A stretch of DNA of 64,000 nucleotides, taken from contig CAZNFL010000007.1 of the NCBI GenBank assembly GCA_964572455.1, forward strand, positions 1,672-65,671. Reading direction: 5' to 3'. The position numbers and the translations under genes were made by a program. Numbering within the stretch: the stretch's first letter is position 1; each line of letters opens with the position of its first letter. Under the pieces are notes generated by a model that searched no databases, had not been told where the DNA came from, and saw only the letters and a program-made list of their open reading frames with translations. This DNA is from an uncultured Anaerolineaceae bacterium. GTDB taxonomy: Bacteria > Chloroflexota > Anaerolineae > Anaerolineales > UBA11579. Shown here piece after piece: positions 1 through 9,499 of the stretch.

Positions 1-253
1 TCAAAAGGTCTTTTGGAAGTATCCAGGCTACAGCCAGACCGAAGAACCCATCCCAGCCATTACACTGACCGGCGAACAATTGGACGGGAACGGCACGTTC
101 GAACCACTTGGGCCCGGCACAAACGCCGGGGCCTCAGACCTGCTGGGTGCTGCAATCCTCACCGGTGTGGAAATTCCGAACGCAGGTTGCTGGCAGCTAA
201 CCGGCCAATATCGTGACAGCCAGCTTAGTTTTGTGGTTTGGGTAGGGGATTAG
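1..253 (+). CDS. 3' end of a CDS that begins upstream of the window; unknown protein (last 83 codons)
   Basis: Frame +2 is open from nt 2 to TAG 251-253. It reads QKVFWKYPGYSQTEEPIPAITLTGEQLDGNGTFEPLGPGTNAGASDLLGAAILTGVEIPNAGCWQLTGQYRDSQLSFVVWVGD*. It is missing from the ORF track only because its start lies outside the window. No family recognised. Confidence 0.45.
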   Translation, partial: QKVFWKYPGYSQTEEPIPAITLTGEQLDGNGTFEPLGPGTNAGASDLLGAAILTGVEIPNAGCWQLTGQYRDSQLSFVVWVGD

Positions 254-2625
254 TTTTCTTTAAAATACGCCACGGTCACCCCTTCGCCGCCTTCGTGGGG
301 CGCGGCGTAATCGAAGCGCTCGATATATTTGCGCTTGCCCAGCTCCTTGCGCACCATCTCGCGCAGCACGCCGGTACCCTTGCCATGGATGATGCGCGCC
401 AAGCGCAGCCCTGCTGCATTGGCGGCATCCAAATAACGATCTAAGGCGTCCTCGGCATCCTCGAAACGCTGGCCGCGCAGCGAGATCTCGTTCCCGGGCG
501 ATGCGGCCACCAGCGGCAGGCTGCCCCAGTTTTCCCTCTGGTCTCCGTTGGTTGGCCCTTCCGGCAGCAATTCCAAGTCACCCAGCCGCGCCCGGGCGCG
601 CAGGGCGCCGATCTGCACCTCAGCTTCCTCTTCGCCCAGGGCGATAACGATACCGCGGTGCCCCAGGCTGCGCACCTGCACCGCGTCGCCCAGCCGCAGC
701 CCGCGGTCGGGCGCTGATTCGGGCACCGCCCTGCGCCGCGCCGGCGTCTCCACTTTTTCTTCCAGTTCGGCGGCCGCAGCCTGCACGGCTTGCATTTGCT
801 GCAATGGCTGCCGGGCGCGGGCTAATTCGGCCCGCAATTTACCGATCTCCTCACTCAGGCTGGCCAGTTCCTCTTCTGCCTGCTTGCGTGCTTTTTCCAG
901 GATCTGCACACGCTCGTCTTCGATCTTCTCCAGGCGTTCTGCCAGCTCAGCTTTCGCAGCCTGCGCTTCCTGTTCGGCCTCTTCGGCTCGGCTGCGCGCT
1001 TGCCGCGCCCGCTCCCGCTCCCGGTGGATCTCGTCCAGCAGGTCTTCGGCCTTCAATTCGCTAGGGTCAATGGCGTTGCGCGCCATCTCGATTACTTCTT
1101 TGGGCAAGCCCAAGCGCGTGGCAATCGCCAGAGCGTTAGACCGACCGGGTAGCCCCACCACCAAATGGTAGGTCGGCGCCAAGGTCTTGAGGTCAAATTC
1201 TACGCTGGCGTTGACCACCCCTTTGGTGGCGTGGGCGTAGGCTTTCAATTCCGGATAATGGGTGGCCACCAGGGTTGTGATGCCGCGCTTCACTAGATGA
1301 TCGAGCAAGGCTCGGGCCAGCGCGGCACCCTCTTGGGGATCGGTGCCGGCCCCTAATTCATCAAGGAGCACCAGGCAGCCTTGGTCAGCTGCCTGCAAAA
1401 TTCGCGCAATGTTGGTGATGTGCCCCGAAAAGGTGGATAGCGATTGTTCGATGGATTGCTCGTCGCCTATATCGGCATAAATATTGTCGAAGAACGAGAT
1501 CTGGCTGCCTGCGTCCGCGGGAATGTGCATCCCGCTCTGGCCCATCAGGGCCAGCAAGCCCACCGCTTTTAGCGTCACCGTTTTGCCGCCGGTGTTAGGT
1601 CCGGTGATCACCAGGCAATAGTTTTCCGGGAAGAGTTCGATATCCAGCGAGACCACCTTGGCTGGATCAAGCAAGGGATGCCGCACTCCGAACAAACGCA
1701 GCACCACGCCGGGGTGCGGCTGATCTTGCTTTGTCCGCATAGGCAACAGGTCGGGCCGGTTGGCGCGCAGTTCGTTTGCATATTTGGCGCGCGCAAAGGT
1801 CAAGTCCAGGCTGGCCAGCCCCTCTAGCACCGCGCTGATCTCGGCGGCATACTCGCTCACCAGATCGCTAAGCTCCAGCAAGATACGCTGTTCCTCATCC
1901 CGTTGAGCCAGTTGCAGTTCTCGCCAGCGATTGTTAAGCTCCACCACTTGCAAGGGCTCTACAAACAGTGTGGCGCCCGAAGAGGATTGGTCGTGAACGA
2001 TAGCTTTTACTCGCGAGCGCGCTTCGGCTTTGACCGGCAACACATAGCGCCCGTCGCGTTGGGTAATAAGCGGCTCTTGCAAGGCCTTAGCAAACGGCTC
2101 GGTGGTCAGTAATTTCTGCATGCGCGCCAGCAAACGCTCGTGGGCGATGCTCAATTCGCTGCGGATCGAAGCCAGCTTGGGCGAGGCGGCATCCAGGATC
2201 TCGGCCCGGGCGGAGATAGCTTTGCTGATGGCGTCCACCACGCCAGCGGGGCTGGGAAACCCAGCGGCGATGGCGGCCAGTAATGAGTATTTCGCGGCCT
2301 CATCGGCTAGTTGGCGCGCCAAGTTGCGCCCGGCGACCAGCGTGCCTTTTACATCCAGCAACTCGGCCGGGGTGAGCGCCAACCCGCGCCTGGCGTTCTC
2401 CAAATAAGCTCGCAGGTCGCGGGCGCCGCCAATGCTGGTTTGCGGCTGGTCCTTTAGTAGCCCGCGCGCCTCGGAGGTTAGATCCAGCCCGCGCTGGGCC
2501 TCCGCAAGGTCTTGCGCCGGGCGCAATTGGCGGGCGCGTTCCGCCGACAGGGAGAAGGCCGTGTGCCGCGCTAAACGCTCCAATACTTTCGGGTATTCGA
2601 GCGTATTGAGCGTTTTTTCGTCCAT
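250..2625 (-). CDS. mutS2: Endonuclease MutS2 (MutS ATPase + C-terminal Smr domain)
   Basis: Walker A GPNTGGKTVTLK, Walker B LVLLDELGAGTDP, long charged coiled coil, C-terminal Smr-type IHGKGTGVLR. Start set at ATG 2625 because MDEKTLNTLEYPKV resembles MutS2 N-termini. The longest ORF reaches 2694. Confidence 0.9.
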   Translation of the reverse strand: MDEKTLNTLEYPKVLERLARHTAFSLSAERARQLRPAQDLAEAQRGLDLTSEARGLLKDQPQTSIGGARDLRAYLENARRGLALTPAELLDVKGTLVAGRNLARQLADEAAKYSLLAAIAAGFPSPAGVVDAISKAISARAEILDAASPKLASIRSELSIAHERLLARMQKLLTTEPFAKALQEPLITQRDGRYVLPVKAEARSRVKAIVHDQSSSGATLFVEPLQVVELNNRWRELQLAQRDEEQRILLELSDLVSEYAAEISAVLEGLASLDLTFARAKYANELRANRPDLLPMRTKQDQPHPGVVLRLFGVRHPLLDPAKVVSLDIELFPENYCLVITGPNTGGKTVTLKAVGLLALMGQSGMHIPADAGSQISFFDNIYADIGDEQSIEQSLSTFSGHITNIARILQAADQGCLVLLDELGAGTDPQEGAALARALLDHLVKRGITTLVATHYPELKAYAHATKGVVNASVEFDLKTLAPTYHLVVGLPGRSNALAIATRLGLPKEVIEMARNAIDPSELKAEDLLDEIHRERERARQARSRAEEAEQEAQAAKAELAERLEKIEDERVQILEKARKQAEEELASLSEEIGKLRAELARARQPLQQMQAVQAAAAELEEKVETPARRRAVPESAPDRGLRLGDAVQVRSLGHRGIVIALGEEEAEVQIGALRARARLGDLELLPEGPTNGDQRENWGSLPLVAASPGNEISLRGQRFEDAEDALDRYLDAANAAGLRLARIIHGKGTGVLREMVRKELGKRKYIERFDYAAPHEGGEGVTVAYFKEN

Positions 2626-2792
2626 CGCGGCCGAGTCTATCACAGCGCTCTCGGCGGGCCTCAACGCGGCCTCTTTGTGTGTCTTTTCACGCAAAAATTA
2701 ATGTGCTGTTGATTCCTCATAACAAACCTTGTAGAATCACGCCAAAGCGCTGTCTAGCCAACCTGCGCACAGCACAGCTGGCAGGGACCTAC

Positions 2793-3104
2793 GTGGACGT
2801 CATCAAGGTTTCAGGTTCCTCTCGAACATCAGCAGTCGCCGGAGCTATTGCCGGTGTTTTCCGCGAAAATAAACGCGCCGAAGTTCAAGCCATTGGCGCC
2901 GGGGCTGTAAACCAGGCCATTAAGGCGCTTATTTTGGCGCGCGGCTACCTGAAGGAAGACGGCTATGACGTCATCTGCGCACCCGAATTTGCCGATGTAG
3001 ATATCGACGGCAAAGTGCGCACCGCCATTAAGCTGGTCGTCGTATTGCGCGGGGATCCCGCAGATCAGGAAGCCCCACCGCCAACGAAAAACGCCGCTGA
3101 ATGA
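2793..3104 (+). CDS. spoVS: SpoVS-like protein (stage V sporulation protein S family)
   Basis: VIKVSGSSRTSAVAGAIAGVFRE..AEVQAIGAGAVNQAIKALILARGYL..VICAPEF..VDIDG..RTAIKLVV follows the SpoVS pattern. Start moved to GTG 2793. The ATG at 2679 would add 38 unrelated residues overlapping the mutS2 5' end. Confidence 0.8.
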   Translation: MDVIKVSGSSRTSAVAGAIAGVFRENKRAEVQAIGAGAVNQAIKALILARGYLKEDGYDVICAPEFADVDIDGKVRTAIKLVVVLRGDPADQEAPPPTKNAAE

Positions 3105-3115
3105 GCGGCGTTTTT
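3087..3115. terminator. Intrinsic terminator hairpin, usable in both directions
   Basis: AAAAACGCCGCT-gaat-gAGCGGCGTTTTT: GC stem flanked by an A-run and a T-run. It overlaps the spoVS stop and faces the converging kinase gene. Confidence 0.6.
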
Positions 3116-3136
3116 ATTTCTGGCCATTGACGATCT

Positions 3137-3799
3137 TCAATCGGTAAAGCTGCGCACCTCTTCAGGCGAAAACACTACTTCCTCTTTCCCCATCAGCTTA
3201 TCAGCCATCTTGTGGGTGATCAATTCCAAATGGCCATTGTGCGCTACGAAGTTAATCTCATCTGTTGGCACGGTCAGTACAGGGCACAAAGCAAAATTGG
3301 CAATCCATTGCTCGTAAAGCCCGTTTAGCTGCTCCAGGTATTCCGCCTGGATGGTGCTTTCAAAATCGCGCCCGCGCGTAGCGATGCGGCGCTGCAGGGT
3401 GGGCACCGACGCGCGCAAATAGATAACCAGGTCCGGAGGCCTCAGCATGTCGCACAGCAGGCGATAGAGTTTGCTGTATGTCGAATAATCGCGTTCATTG
3501 AGCTGTCCCTGGCGGAACAGGTTGGCGGCAAAGATCTCGGCGTCCTCATAGACCGACCGGTCTTGCACAACCGACTTGGGATCTTCGAGCAGGGACAAAT
3601 GCATGCGCAGGCGGTGGCTGAGGAAGAAGACCTGGGAATGGAACGCCCAGGCTTTCATGTTCTCGTAGAAATCTTCGAGATAAGGATTTTCAGCCACAGG
3701 CTCGTAATACGGCTGCCAGCCAAGCCGGGCGCACAATTTGCCGACCAGCGTAGATTTGCCCACGCCGATATTGCCCGCCACAGCCACAAAATGCTTCAT
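3137..3799 (-). CDS. Deoxynucleoside kinase (dCK/dGK family), copy 1
   Basis: P-loop GNIGVGKST, DRSVYEDAEIF motif, Arg-rich lid RRIATRGRDFE. Its start codon overlaps the upstream stop in ATGA (3796-3799). Confidence 0.85.
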   Translation of the reverse strand: MKHFVAVAGNIGVGKSTLVGKLCARLGWQPYYEPVAENPYLEDFYENMKAWAFHSQVFFLSHRLRMHLSLLEDPKSVVQDRSVYEDAEIFAANLFRQGQLNERDYSTYSKLYRLLCDMLRPPDLVIYLRASVPTLQRRIATRGRDFESTIQAEYLEQLNGLYEQWIANFALCPVLTVPTDEINFVAHNGHLELITHKMADKLMGKEEVVFSPEEVRSFTD

Positions 3800-6129
3800 G
3801 CGTCCTGGTCCTCCGGCTTGAGAAAAGCCACCGAACGATTTGCTTCCGAATCCATTATAAGCTCCATTATGTGGCCGGGAGTAACGTCGCCAACGGAGAT
3901 CAGCCGCAAGGTTTTCTGCATCCCTTCGAGTTCAGGCAGCCAGGTGGTGAGCCGGTTGGGCGAGTCGTAGAAAAATTCTCGATTGAGCACCGAGCCTTTG
4001 TCATCCAGGTAGACTGCCAAGGGGAAGATGTTCGACTCGATCAGATCCTGGAAGAAATGAGTGCCATAAGAAGGTTCGGGGGCAGGTCCCACGCCCTTGC
4101 CGGAAACCTCGACCAGCGCCCGCGTGTTGTAAATATCCGCGTAAGAAACGCTCACGCCCAGGTCCGGGTTCACTGTGCCCCAGCGCCCAGGGCCCACGCA
4201 AATAAAGGTTTCGCCCTTCAACACGCTGTTCAGGCGGCCGATGGCGCGGGTTAACGCCTGGCGGTCCTCGGCCTTCGGGAGCGAATAATACGATTCGGGC
4301 GGAACGAAGAGCACATAACGAATATCGCTCACTTTTCCGTGGGGCGCCATTTTGTCGGTGGAAAATATCAATTGCTTTTTATCCAGCCGTTCGGGCAGCT
4401 GCACAGCTTCTTCGTGCAACTGGCTTTGCGGCCTGCATTGCAAAATAAACAACTTAATGTCGGTCTTTTTTCCTTTGGCCTGCTGCAGTTGGACGGTAAA
4501 TTCCATATCCACCGGGGACTTATAATGCTTCTCCAGCTGTTTGAGGATGCGGCGCATGCGCTCGGCCAAAGGCGTGGAGCGCAAAGCGCCATCTAGGGTT
4601 AGCACCAGCGTGCCATCTTCGTCACCCAGCGTCGAACGGATCGGGCGCAGATCGCCCTCCTTGAATAACGAAGCCAGCAAAGGCAAATAGGGGTACTGGT
4701 TGTCCAACACTTCTTTCATAGGGAGTGTTTTGAAACTGTTGTCTTCGAGATCCACCACGTCGATCTGATGTTGGGAATAGGTGAGCAAAGCGTTCACATC
4801 CGCGGTTGCGCGCAATTCCGGGTGGCTTAGCGCCACCAGACGCGGGTAATCGTTGCCCACGTGCTCTACGGCACGAGTACCCATGCCCGCCACCAGCCGT
4901 AAAAAGCCATCCTCGCTCCTGATCTTGGGCGACCAGCGGAACAGGTTTCGGCTAAAGGCCACCCCCGCCAGGTGCGGGAAGTAGTAGCGGCCGTAAGCCT
5001 CGCCTTGCACGACCTGGATGAGCACCCCCAGGCGCTCATCGTAATCTTGCAAGCCGTGCGCCCGGCGGTACAGCAGGGCATCCGGGTTCAGCCCGCTGGC
5101 GTACACGGCGGCAATGGCGCGCATGCAAGCTGCCAGGTTTTCCGCGGGGGTACCCTGGTTGGGGCAGAAATAGCTGGCGTACTTACCGGCAAAGGAGGAC
5201 CCGAAGTTATCTTCCAGCAAGCTGGACGAGCGCACGATGATGGGCGCTGTGCCCACCCGCTCCAATAGTTGGGCCAGCTCAGCCCTAATATCCGCGGGGA
5301 AGGATCCCGCGGCGTATTCCTTTTGGATGGTGGGGTACTCATCCCGAATTTGGTCTACTTCCTTATATTTCTGATCGGCCCAGTGGATCATGCCGTTATG
5401 CGCCATGAACGCATACATCACGTCGGCACCGAGGAAATAGGATTCGGGGATGGTCACGTGTTGCCCAAGGTCCTTTTCGGCGGTGCGTTGCAAAATACGC
5501 AAGGCCAGCAGCATGCCCGCGGCCTTGCCTCCCACTTTGCCCTTGCCGATCTTATGCCTGCGAATACTGAGCAGATCGTCCAGGGTAAACCATTCCTTGG
5601 CCACGTTGATGTACGCCAATTGGTCCGAGATCATCGTGCGGATCAGCACTACCTTTATCTCGCGTTCGCGGGCTTCATATCTGGCGCGCTCTTTGGCGGG
5701 AAGCCGCGCGATCGCCTTAGCTTGCTCGAACAAGGCTTCTTGCGGCGCCAGCTCCGGGTTGAACGTGCGCAGCAGGTCTTCGCTTTCCGCGCCGCGCTCG
5801 GCGAGGACTTGCTTTACAAGATCCTCAAAGACTTCATAGGGTAAGTTGTTGGCAAAGTGCAGGTCAGTCAGGTGTTCGCGCACCAGATCGACGCGCAGTT
5901 TCCAGTCCTCGTCGGCTTCTTCACTGACCGCATCGGCGATGCCTTCGCGCAATTGGGAATCCGCAGCCTGCTGGCGCACCAGCTCCTCCAAAGCTTCGCC
6001 CGAAAGGATGCCGCGCTTGAACAATTCCAGGCGCATCCTGTTGCGGATGCGCCGGCGCAGCAGCGGAAATTGCGCCAGAGTCAAATAAATGCGATAGGTC
6101 GGATCGAAGGAACTTGAAGGAAGCGTCAT
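3796..6129 (-). CDS. PEP/pyruvate-binding (PPDK_N ATP-grasp) domain protein without recognisable phosphohistidine or PEP-utiliser domains
   Basis: GKGKVGGKAAGMLLA and IVRSSSLLEDNFGSSFAGKYASY resemble the nucleotide-binding domain of PEP synthase/PPDK. No swivel-His motif seen in the 777 aa. Confidence 0.7.
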   Translation of the reverse strand: MTLPSSSFDPTYRIYLTLAQFPLLRRRIRNRMRLELFKRGILSGEALEELVRQQAADSQLREGIADAVSEEADEDWKLRVDLVREHLTDLHFANNLPYEVFEDLVKQVLAERGAESEDLLRTFNPELAPQEALFEQAKAIARLPAKERARYEAREREIKVVLIRTMISDQLAYINVAKEWFTLDDLLSIRRHKIGKGKVGGKAAGMLLALRILQRTAEKDLGQHVTIPESYFLGADVMYAFMAHNGMIHWADQKYKEVDQIRDEYPTIQKEYAAGSFPADIRAELAQLLERVGTAPIIVRSSSLLEDNFGSSFAGKYASYFCPNQGTPAENLAACMRAIAAVYASGLNPDALLYRRAHGLQDYDERLGVLIQVVQGEAYGRYYFPHLAGVAFSRNLFRWSPKIRSEDGFLRLVAGMGTRAVEHVGNDYPRLVALSHPELRATADVNALLTYSQHQIDVVDLEDNSFKTLPMKEVLDNQYPYLPLLASLFKEGDLRPIRSTLGDEDGTLVLTLDGALRSTPLAERMRRILKQLEKHYKSPVDMEFTVQLQQAKGKKTDIKLFILQCRPQSQLHEEAVQLPERLDKKQLIFSTDKMAPHGKVSDIRYVLFVPPESYYSLPKAEDRQALTRAIGRLNSVLKGETFICVGPGRWGTVNPDLGVSVSYADIYNTRALVEVSGKGVGPAPEPSYGTHFFQDLIESNIFPLAVYLDDKGSVLNREFFYDSPNRLTTWLPELEGMQKTLRLISVGDVTPGHIMELIMDSEANRSVAFLKPEDQDA

Positions 6130-6196
6130 GCCGGGCCGATAAAACCCGCAATGAGCGGATTTGAGGGAGTTGCTAGATTGTAATCGCTGGAGGAGA

Positions 6197-7330
6197 CTAC
6201 TTGCCCAGGTGCATGGGCATGATCACGTGCAGGAAATCCTCATTGCCGACGGGGTGGAGCACGCCGGGCGCGGCGGCCGCGCTGGTTTCCAGGGCCACGT
6301 CAGAAGACTTCATCACGTCCAGGGCTTCGCGCAGGAAACGCACATTGAAGGCGATCAGGATGGGCACGCCTTCCACGGTGGCGTCCATCTTGCTGTCGTT
6401 GGAGCCGGTTTCCTCCGATTGGGCGGATATTTCCATTGTGCCGGGCGCTTTGCCGTCACCGGGCTTGATGTCCAATCGCGCAATATGCGAGCTCTCCCGC
6501 GCAAAGATCTCGGCTTGCTTGGCCGCTTTCAAAAAGGACTCGGCAGAGACGATGGTGCGTGTCTTGTGCCCGTTGGGAATGATCTGCTGGTATTCGGGGA
6601 AAGCGCCTTCCACCAATTGGCAGCGCAGCTCGGCGTCCTTGAGACTGAAGACCACCTGGCCGCGGCCGGGCGGCAGCACCATGTGCACCTGCTCTTTGTC
6701 GTCAGCGGCGATGCGCGCTACTTCGTTCAGGGCGCGGGCCGGCACAATAGCGCGCAGTGGTTGCTCCACCGCCGATTTCAGCTCGGCCTTGCGCACAGAC
6801 AGGCGGAAGCCGTCGGCAGCCGCCATGGTCATGGTCTTGCCTTCAACGGTGATTAGCACGCCGGTGAGCACGGGCCGGGCGTCGTCCCGCGAGGCGGCGA
6901 AGACCACCTGTTGGATCATTTCCTTGAAATCGCCGGCGGTGAGTTCGATGCCGGCCGACTTATCCGGCTCCGGCATCGGCGGGAATTCTTGGGCGTCGAT
7001 GCCCTTGATCTCGGCATTGGAACGGCCGGCGCGCAACTGCAGGGTCTGGGTGCGCACCACTAGTTCCATCTGAATGGTCTCATTGGGGAAGGTGGTCACC
7101 AGGTCGCTAAGGGTACGGGCTGGCACGGTGGTGGCGCCGGGTTCTTCGATCTTGGCACCGATCCAGGCGGTGATACCCAGTTCGCGGTCGGTGGCGGAGA
7201 GTTTGAGGCGCCCATCTTCGGCGGCGATGAGCACATTAGCCAGAATCGGGTAGGTGCTGCGCGCAGAAACGGCGCGGGACACCACGTTTAGGCCTTGAGC
7301 GAGGTTTTCCTGGAGGACAGAGACTTTCAT
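6197..7330 (-). CDS. dnaN: DNA polymerase III beta sliding clamp
   Basis: MKVSVLQENLAQGLNVVSRAV..RSTYPILANVLI...LKLSATDRELGI is a typical DnaN N-terminus with three-domain length. The track start 7342 is a GTG 4 codons upstream of the ATG used here. Confidence 0.92.
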   Translation of the reverse strand: MKVSVLQENLAQGLNVVSRAVSARSTYPILANVLIAAEDGRLKLSATDRELGITAWIGAKIEEPGATTVPARTLSDLVTTFPNETIQMELVVRTQTLQLRAGRSNAEIKGIDAQEFPPMPEPDKSAGIELTAGDFKEMIQQVVFAASRDDARPVLTGVLITVEGKTMTMAAADGFRLSVRKAELKSAVEQPLRAIVPARALNEVARIAADDKEQVHMVLPPGRGQVVFSLKDAELRCQLVEGAFPEYQQIIPNGHKTRTIVSAESFLKAAKQAEIFARESSHIARLDIKPGDGKAPGTMEISAQSEETGSNDSKMDATVEGVPILIAFNVRFLREALDVMKSSDVALETSAAAAPGVLHPVGNEDFLHVIMPMHLGK

Positions 7331-7362
7331 TTGTAGAGGCACCCGAAGGGTGGTTTAATCAA

Positions 7363-7392
7363 AGTATACACTGATTTCTCGAGGCTTTTCAA
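7363..7392 (-). promoter_or_regulatory. Possible sigma70-type promoter for dnaN
   Basis: On the minus strand: TTGAAA (7392-7387), 18-nt spacer, TATACT (7368-7363), about 30 nt upstream of the dnaN ATG. Confidence 0.35.
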
Positions 7393-7445
7393 AAGCCATA
7401 ATTTTTGTCAAATCGGTAGCTTGATTGCAAACCCCGGAGGAGAAC

Positions 7446-7961
7446 GTGACAACAGAACATATCAAGAAATCGGTAGAAGCAGCAATTGATTACCTAGGCA
7501 ATCATCGGGGCGAAGCGCGCTACACGGACACCTGGGCCAAAGCTACTTTGGAAGAGGGACTGCACTTCCGGATTGTGGATGCGAATGCCAATGCGGTCTT
7601 CAGCGACATGCCGGCCAGCGTGGGCGGCGGCGGGGCGGCGCCCTCACCCGCCTGGCTGATGCGCGCCGGCTTGGCCAGCTGCGCGGCTACGCTGATCGCC
7701 ATCCAAGCCGCGCGTGAAGGGCTGCAACTAACGCAGCTCGAGGTGCTGGTGGACAGCGAATCGGATGATTACGGCATCCTGGGGATGGACTCCTCGGTGC
7801 CTGCCGGCCCGCTGAGCGTGAAGGTGAAGGTGCGCATCGCGGCCAAAGGAGCGAACGAAACCAAGCTGCGCGAGATAGTGAAGTGGGGAGTGGAACACTG
7901 CCCAGTGGCGGATGCTATTCAGCGGGCTGTGCCTATGTCGACTGAAGTTGAGATCGGCTAG
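7446..7961 (+). CDS. OsmC/Ohr family peroxiredoxin-like protein
   Basis: OsmC-like size and the two-Cys pattern (..GLASCAATL.. and ..VEHCPVADA..). GGAGGAG at 7437-7443 precedes GTG 7446. The track start at TTG 7425 is less likely. Confidence 0.75.
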   Translation: MTTEHIKKSVEAAIDYLGNHRGEARYTDTWAKATLEEGLHFRIVDANANAVFSDMPASVGGGGAAPSPAWLMRAGLASCAATLIAIQAAREGLQLTQLEVLVDSESDDYGILGMDSSVPAGPLSVKVKVRIAAKGANETKLREIVKWGVEHCPVADAIQRAVPMSTEVEIG

Positions 7962-8019
7962 CAATTCGCAACGGGAAAAAACGCCGTGGGCATTTGCCTA
8001 CATGATTGGCAGAAGTTCG

Positions 8020-8100
8020 GTCATTCGGAATTGAGGCAATTGGGATTCCTCGTTGTCGAATCTTTATCGGGTGGTGAGACATTAGATCTCCCGGAATGAC
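8020..8100. repeat. Short inverted-repeat element, variant C (GTCATTCGGAA ... CCGGAATGAC)
   Basis: The termini are imperfect reverse complements. Related ends recur at 42592-42615 and 47304-47317. Confidence 0.5.
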
Positions 8101-8111
8101 AAAGGGGAAGC

Positions 8112-8132
8112 GGGAGGGTCAGAGACCCTCCC
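8112..8132. terminator. GC-rich hairpin between converging osmC-like and gdhA genes
   Basis: GGGAGGGTC-aga-GACCCTCCC is a perfect 9-bp stem. The U-tract is weak on either strand. Confidence 0.3.
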
Positions 8133-8175
8133 CACAGAACCGGACGAGAGGTTTAGAACGAATGACGATTAGAAG

Positions 8176-9462
8176 TTACAGCCAGCCGCGTAGTTCCATG
8201 GCTTCCACCACCGCGCCGATGGCCACCATGTAGGCTGCATCGCGCATATAGAGGCCTTCTTTGGCTGAAAGCTGCAGCACTTTATTGAACGCTTCAGTGA
8301 TCTTGGTGTCGAGACGCTGCAAGACGTCGTCCTGCGTCCAGTAATAGTTCATATCGCTTTGCACGCTCTCAAAATAGGAGACGGTTACGCCGCCGGCGTT
8401 GCACAGGAAATCCGGGATCACGAAGATGCCGCGTTCCTTGAGGGCTTTGTCGGCGTCCGGGGTGGTGGGGCCATTGGCGCCTTCGGCCACCAGCTTCACC
8501 TTCCCACTGAGCTTCTTGACCGTTTCGCCATTGAGCTGCCCTTCCAGGGCGGCGGGAATAAGCACATCCACGTCCTGGGCCAACCAGGCATCGCCATCTT
8601 CAATCGAGTAGCCTTGTTCCTTGGCTTTTTCTTTGTTGATCGAACCATATTCGTCGGTGATGTTTTGCAGAAAGGGAATGTCCAACCCTTTGCTGCTGAC
8701 GATGCTATACGAGGCCTTATCCTTGCGGTCCCAATAGGAGACGCAAACCACTTTGCCGCCGAGCTGCTGTGAAAAGCCCAGGGCCGCATATTGCGCCACA
8801 TTGCCGAACCCTTGGAAGGCAGCGCTGGCTTTGGAGCCGTCCATCTTGAGATGATTCATGGCTTCGCGCACCGTGTAAATAACGCCATACCCGGTGGCCT
8901 CTTTGCGTCCCCTAGAACCGCCGCTGCCCACCGGTTTGCCGGTGAACGCCCCGGGGGCGAATTGGCCGGTCAGTTTGGAATACTCGTCCATCATCCAAGC
9001 CATCATCTGGGGCGTGGTGCCCACGTCGGGGGCGGGCACATCGCTGCGCGGCCCCAGGTTGCGATAAATGGCATCCACCCAGCCGCGGCACAGCCGTTCC
9101 TTCTCTTTGAGGGAAAGGGTGGCTGAGTCGACCGCCACGCCGCCTTTGGCGCCGCCCAAGGGAATATCGGCCACGGCGCACTTCCAGGTCATCCACATAG
9201 ATAAGGCGCGCACAGTGTCCATGGTTTCCGATGGATGGAAGCGAATGCCGCCTTTGGTGGGCCCACGCGAATCGTTATGCTGGACACGATAGCCGAAGAA
9301 GACTTGCAGCTCGCCATCGTCGCCGCGCACCGGGATCTGGAACTTGAATTCGCGCCGCGGCCAGCGCAGGGTCTCTTTTACGTAGGGCTCAAGATGCAGC
9401 AGGTCGGCGACTTTGTCGAACTGGGCCTGGGCGATCTGGAATGCGTTGGTGTTCTCTGACAT
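8176..9462 (-). CDS. gdhA: Glutamate dehydrogenase (Glu/Leu/Phe/Val dehydrogenase family)
   Basis: KGGIRFHP, PLGGAKGGV (catalytic Lys region), GFGNVAQYAA Rossmann motif. Start at ATG 9462 is preceded by GGAGG. The track start 9489 adds 9 residues. Confidence 0.9.
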   Translation of the reverse strand: MSENTNAFQIAQAQFDKVADLLHLEPYVKETLRWPRREFKFQIPVRGDDGELQVFFGYRVQHNDSRGPTKGGIRFHPSETMDTVRALSMWMTWKCAVADIPLGGAKGGVAVDSATLSLKEKERLCRGWVDAIYRNLGPRSDVPAPDVGTTPQMMAWMMDEYSKLTGQFAPGAFTGKPVGSGGSRGRKEATGYGVIYTVREAMNHLKMDGSKASAAFQGFGNVAQYAALGFSQQLGGKVVCVSYWDRKDKASYSIVSSKGLDIPFLQNITDEYGSINKEKAKEQGYSIEDGDAWLAQDVDVLIPAALEGQLNGETVKKLSGKVKLVAEGANGPTTPDADKALKERGIFVIPDFLCNAGGVTVSYFESVQSDMNYYWTQDDVLQRLDTKITEAFNKVLQLSAKEGLYMRDAAYMVAIGAVVEAMELRGWL

Positions 9463-9499
9463 AAGCCTCCGAGCATGAGCGGGGCACACCCCGCCCCTA

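Noticed and set aside
2679-2792. First 38 codons of the track ORF 2679..3104 (SpoVS-like)
   Set aside because: SpoVS-family similarity starts at the GTG at 2793, and the extension overlaps the mutS2 5' region.
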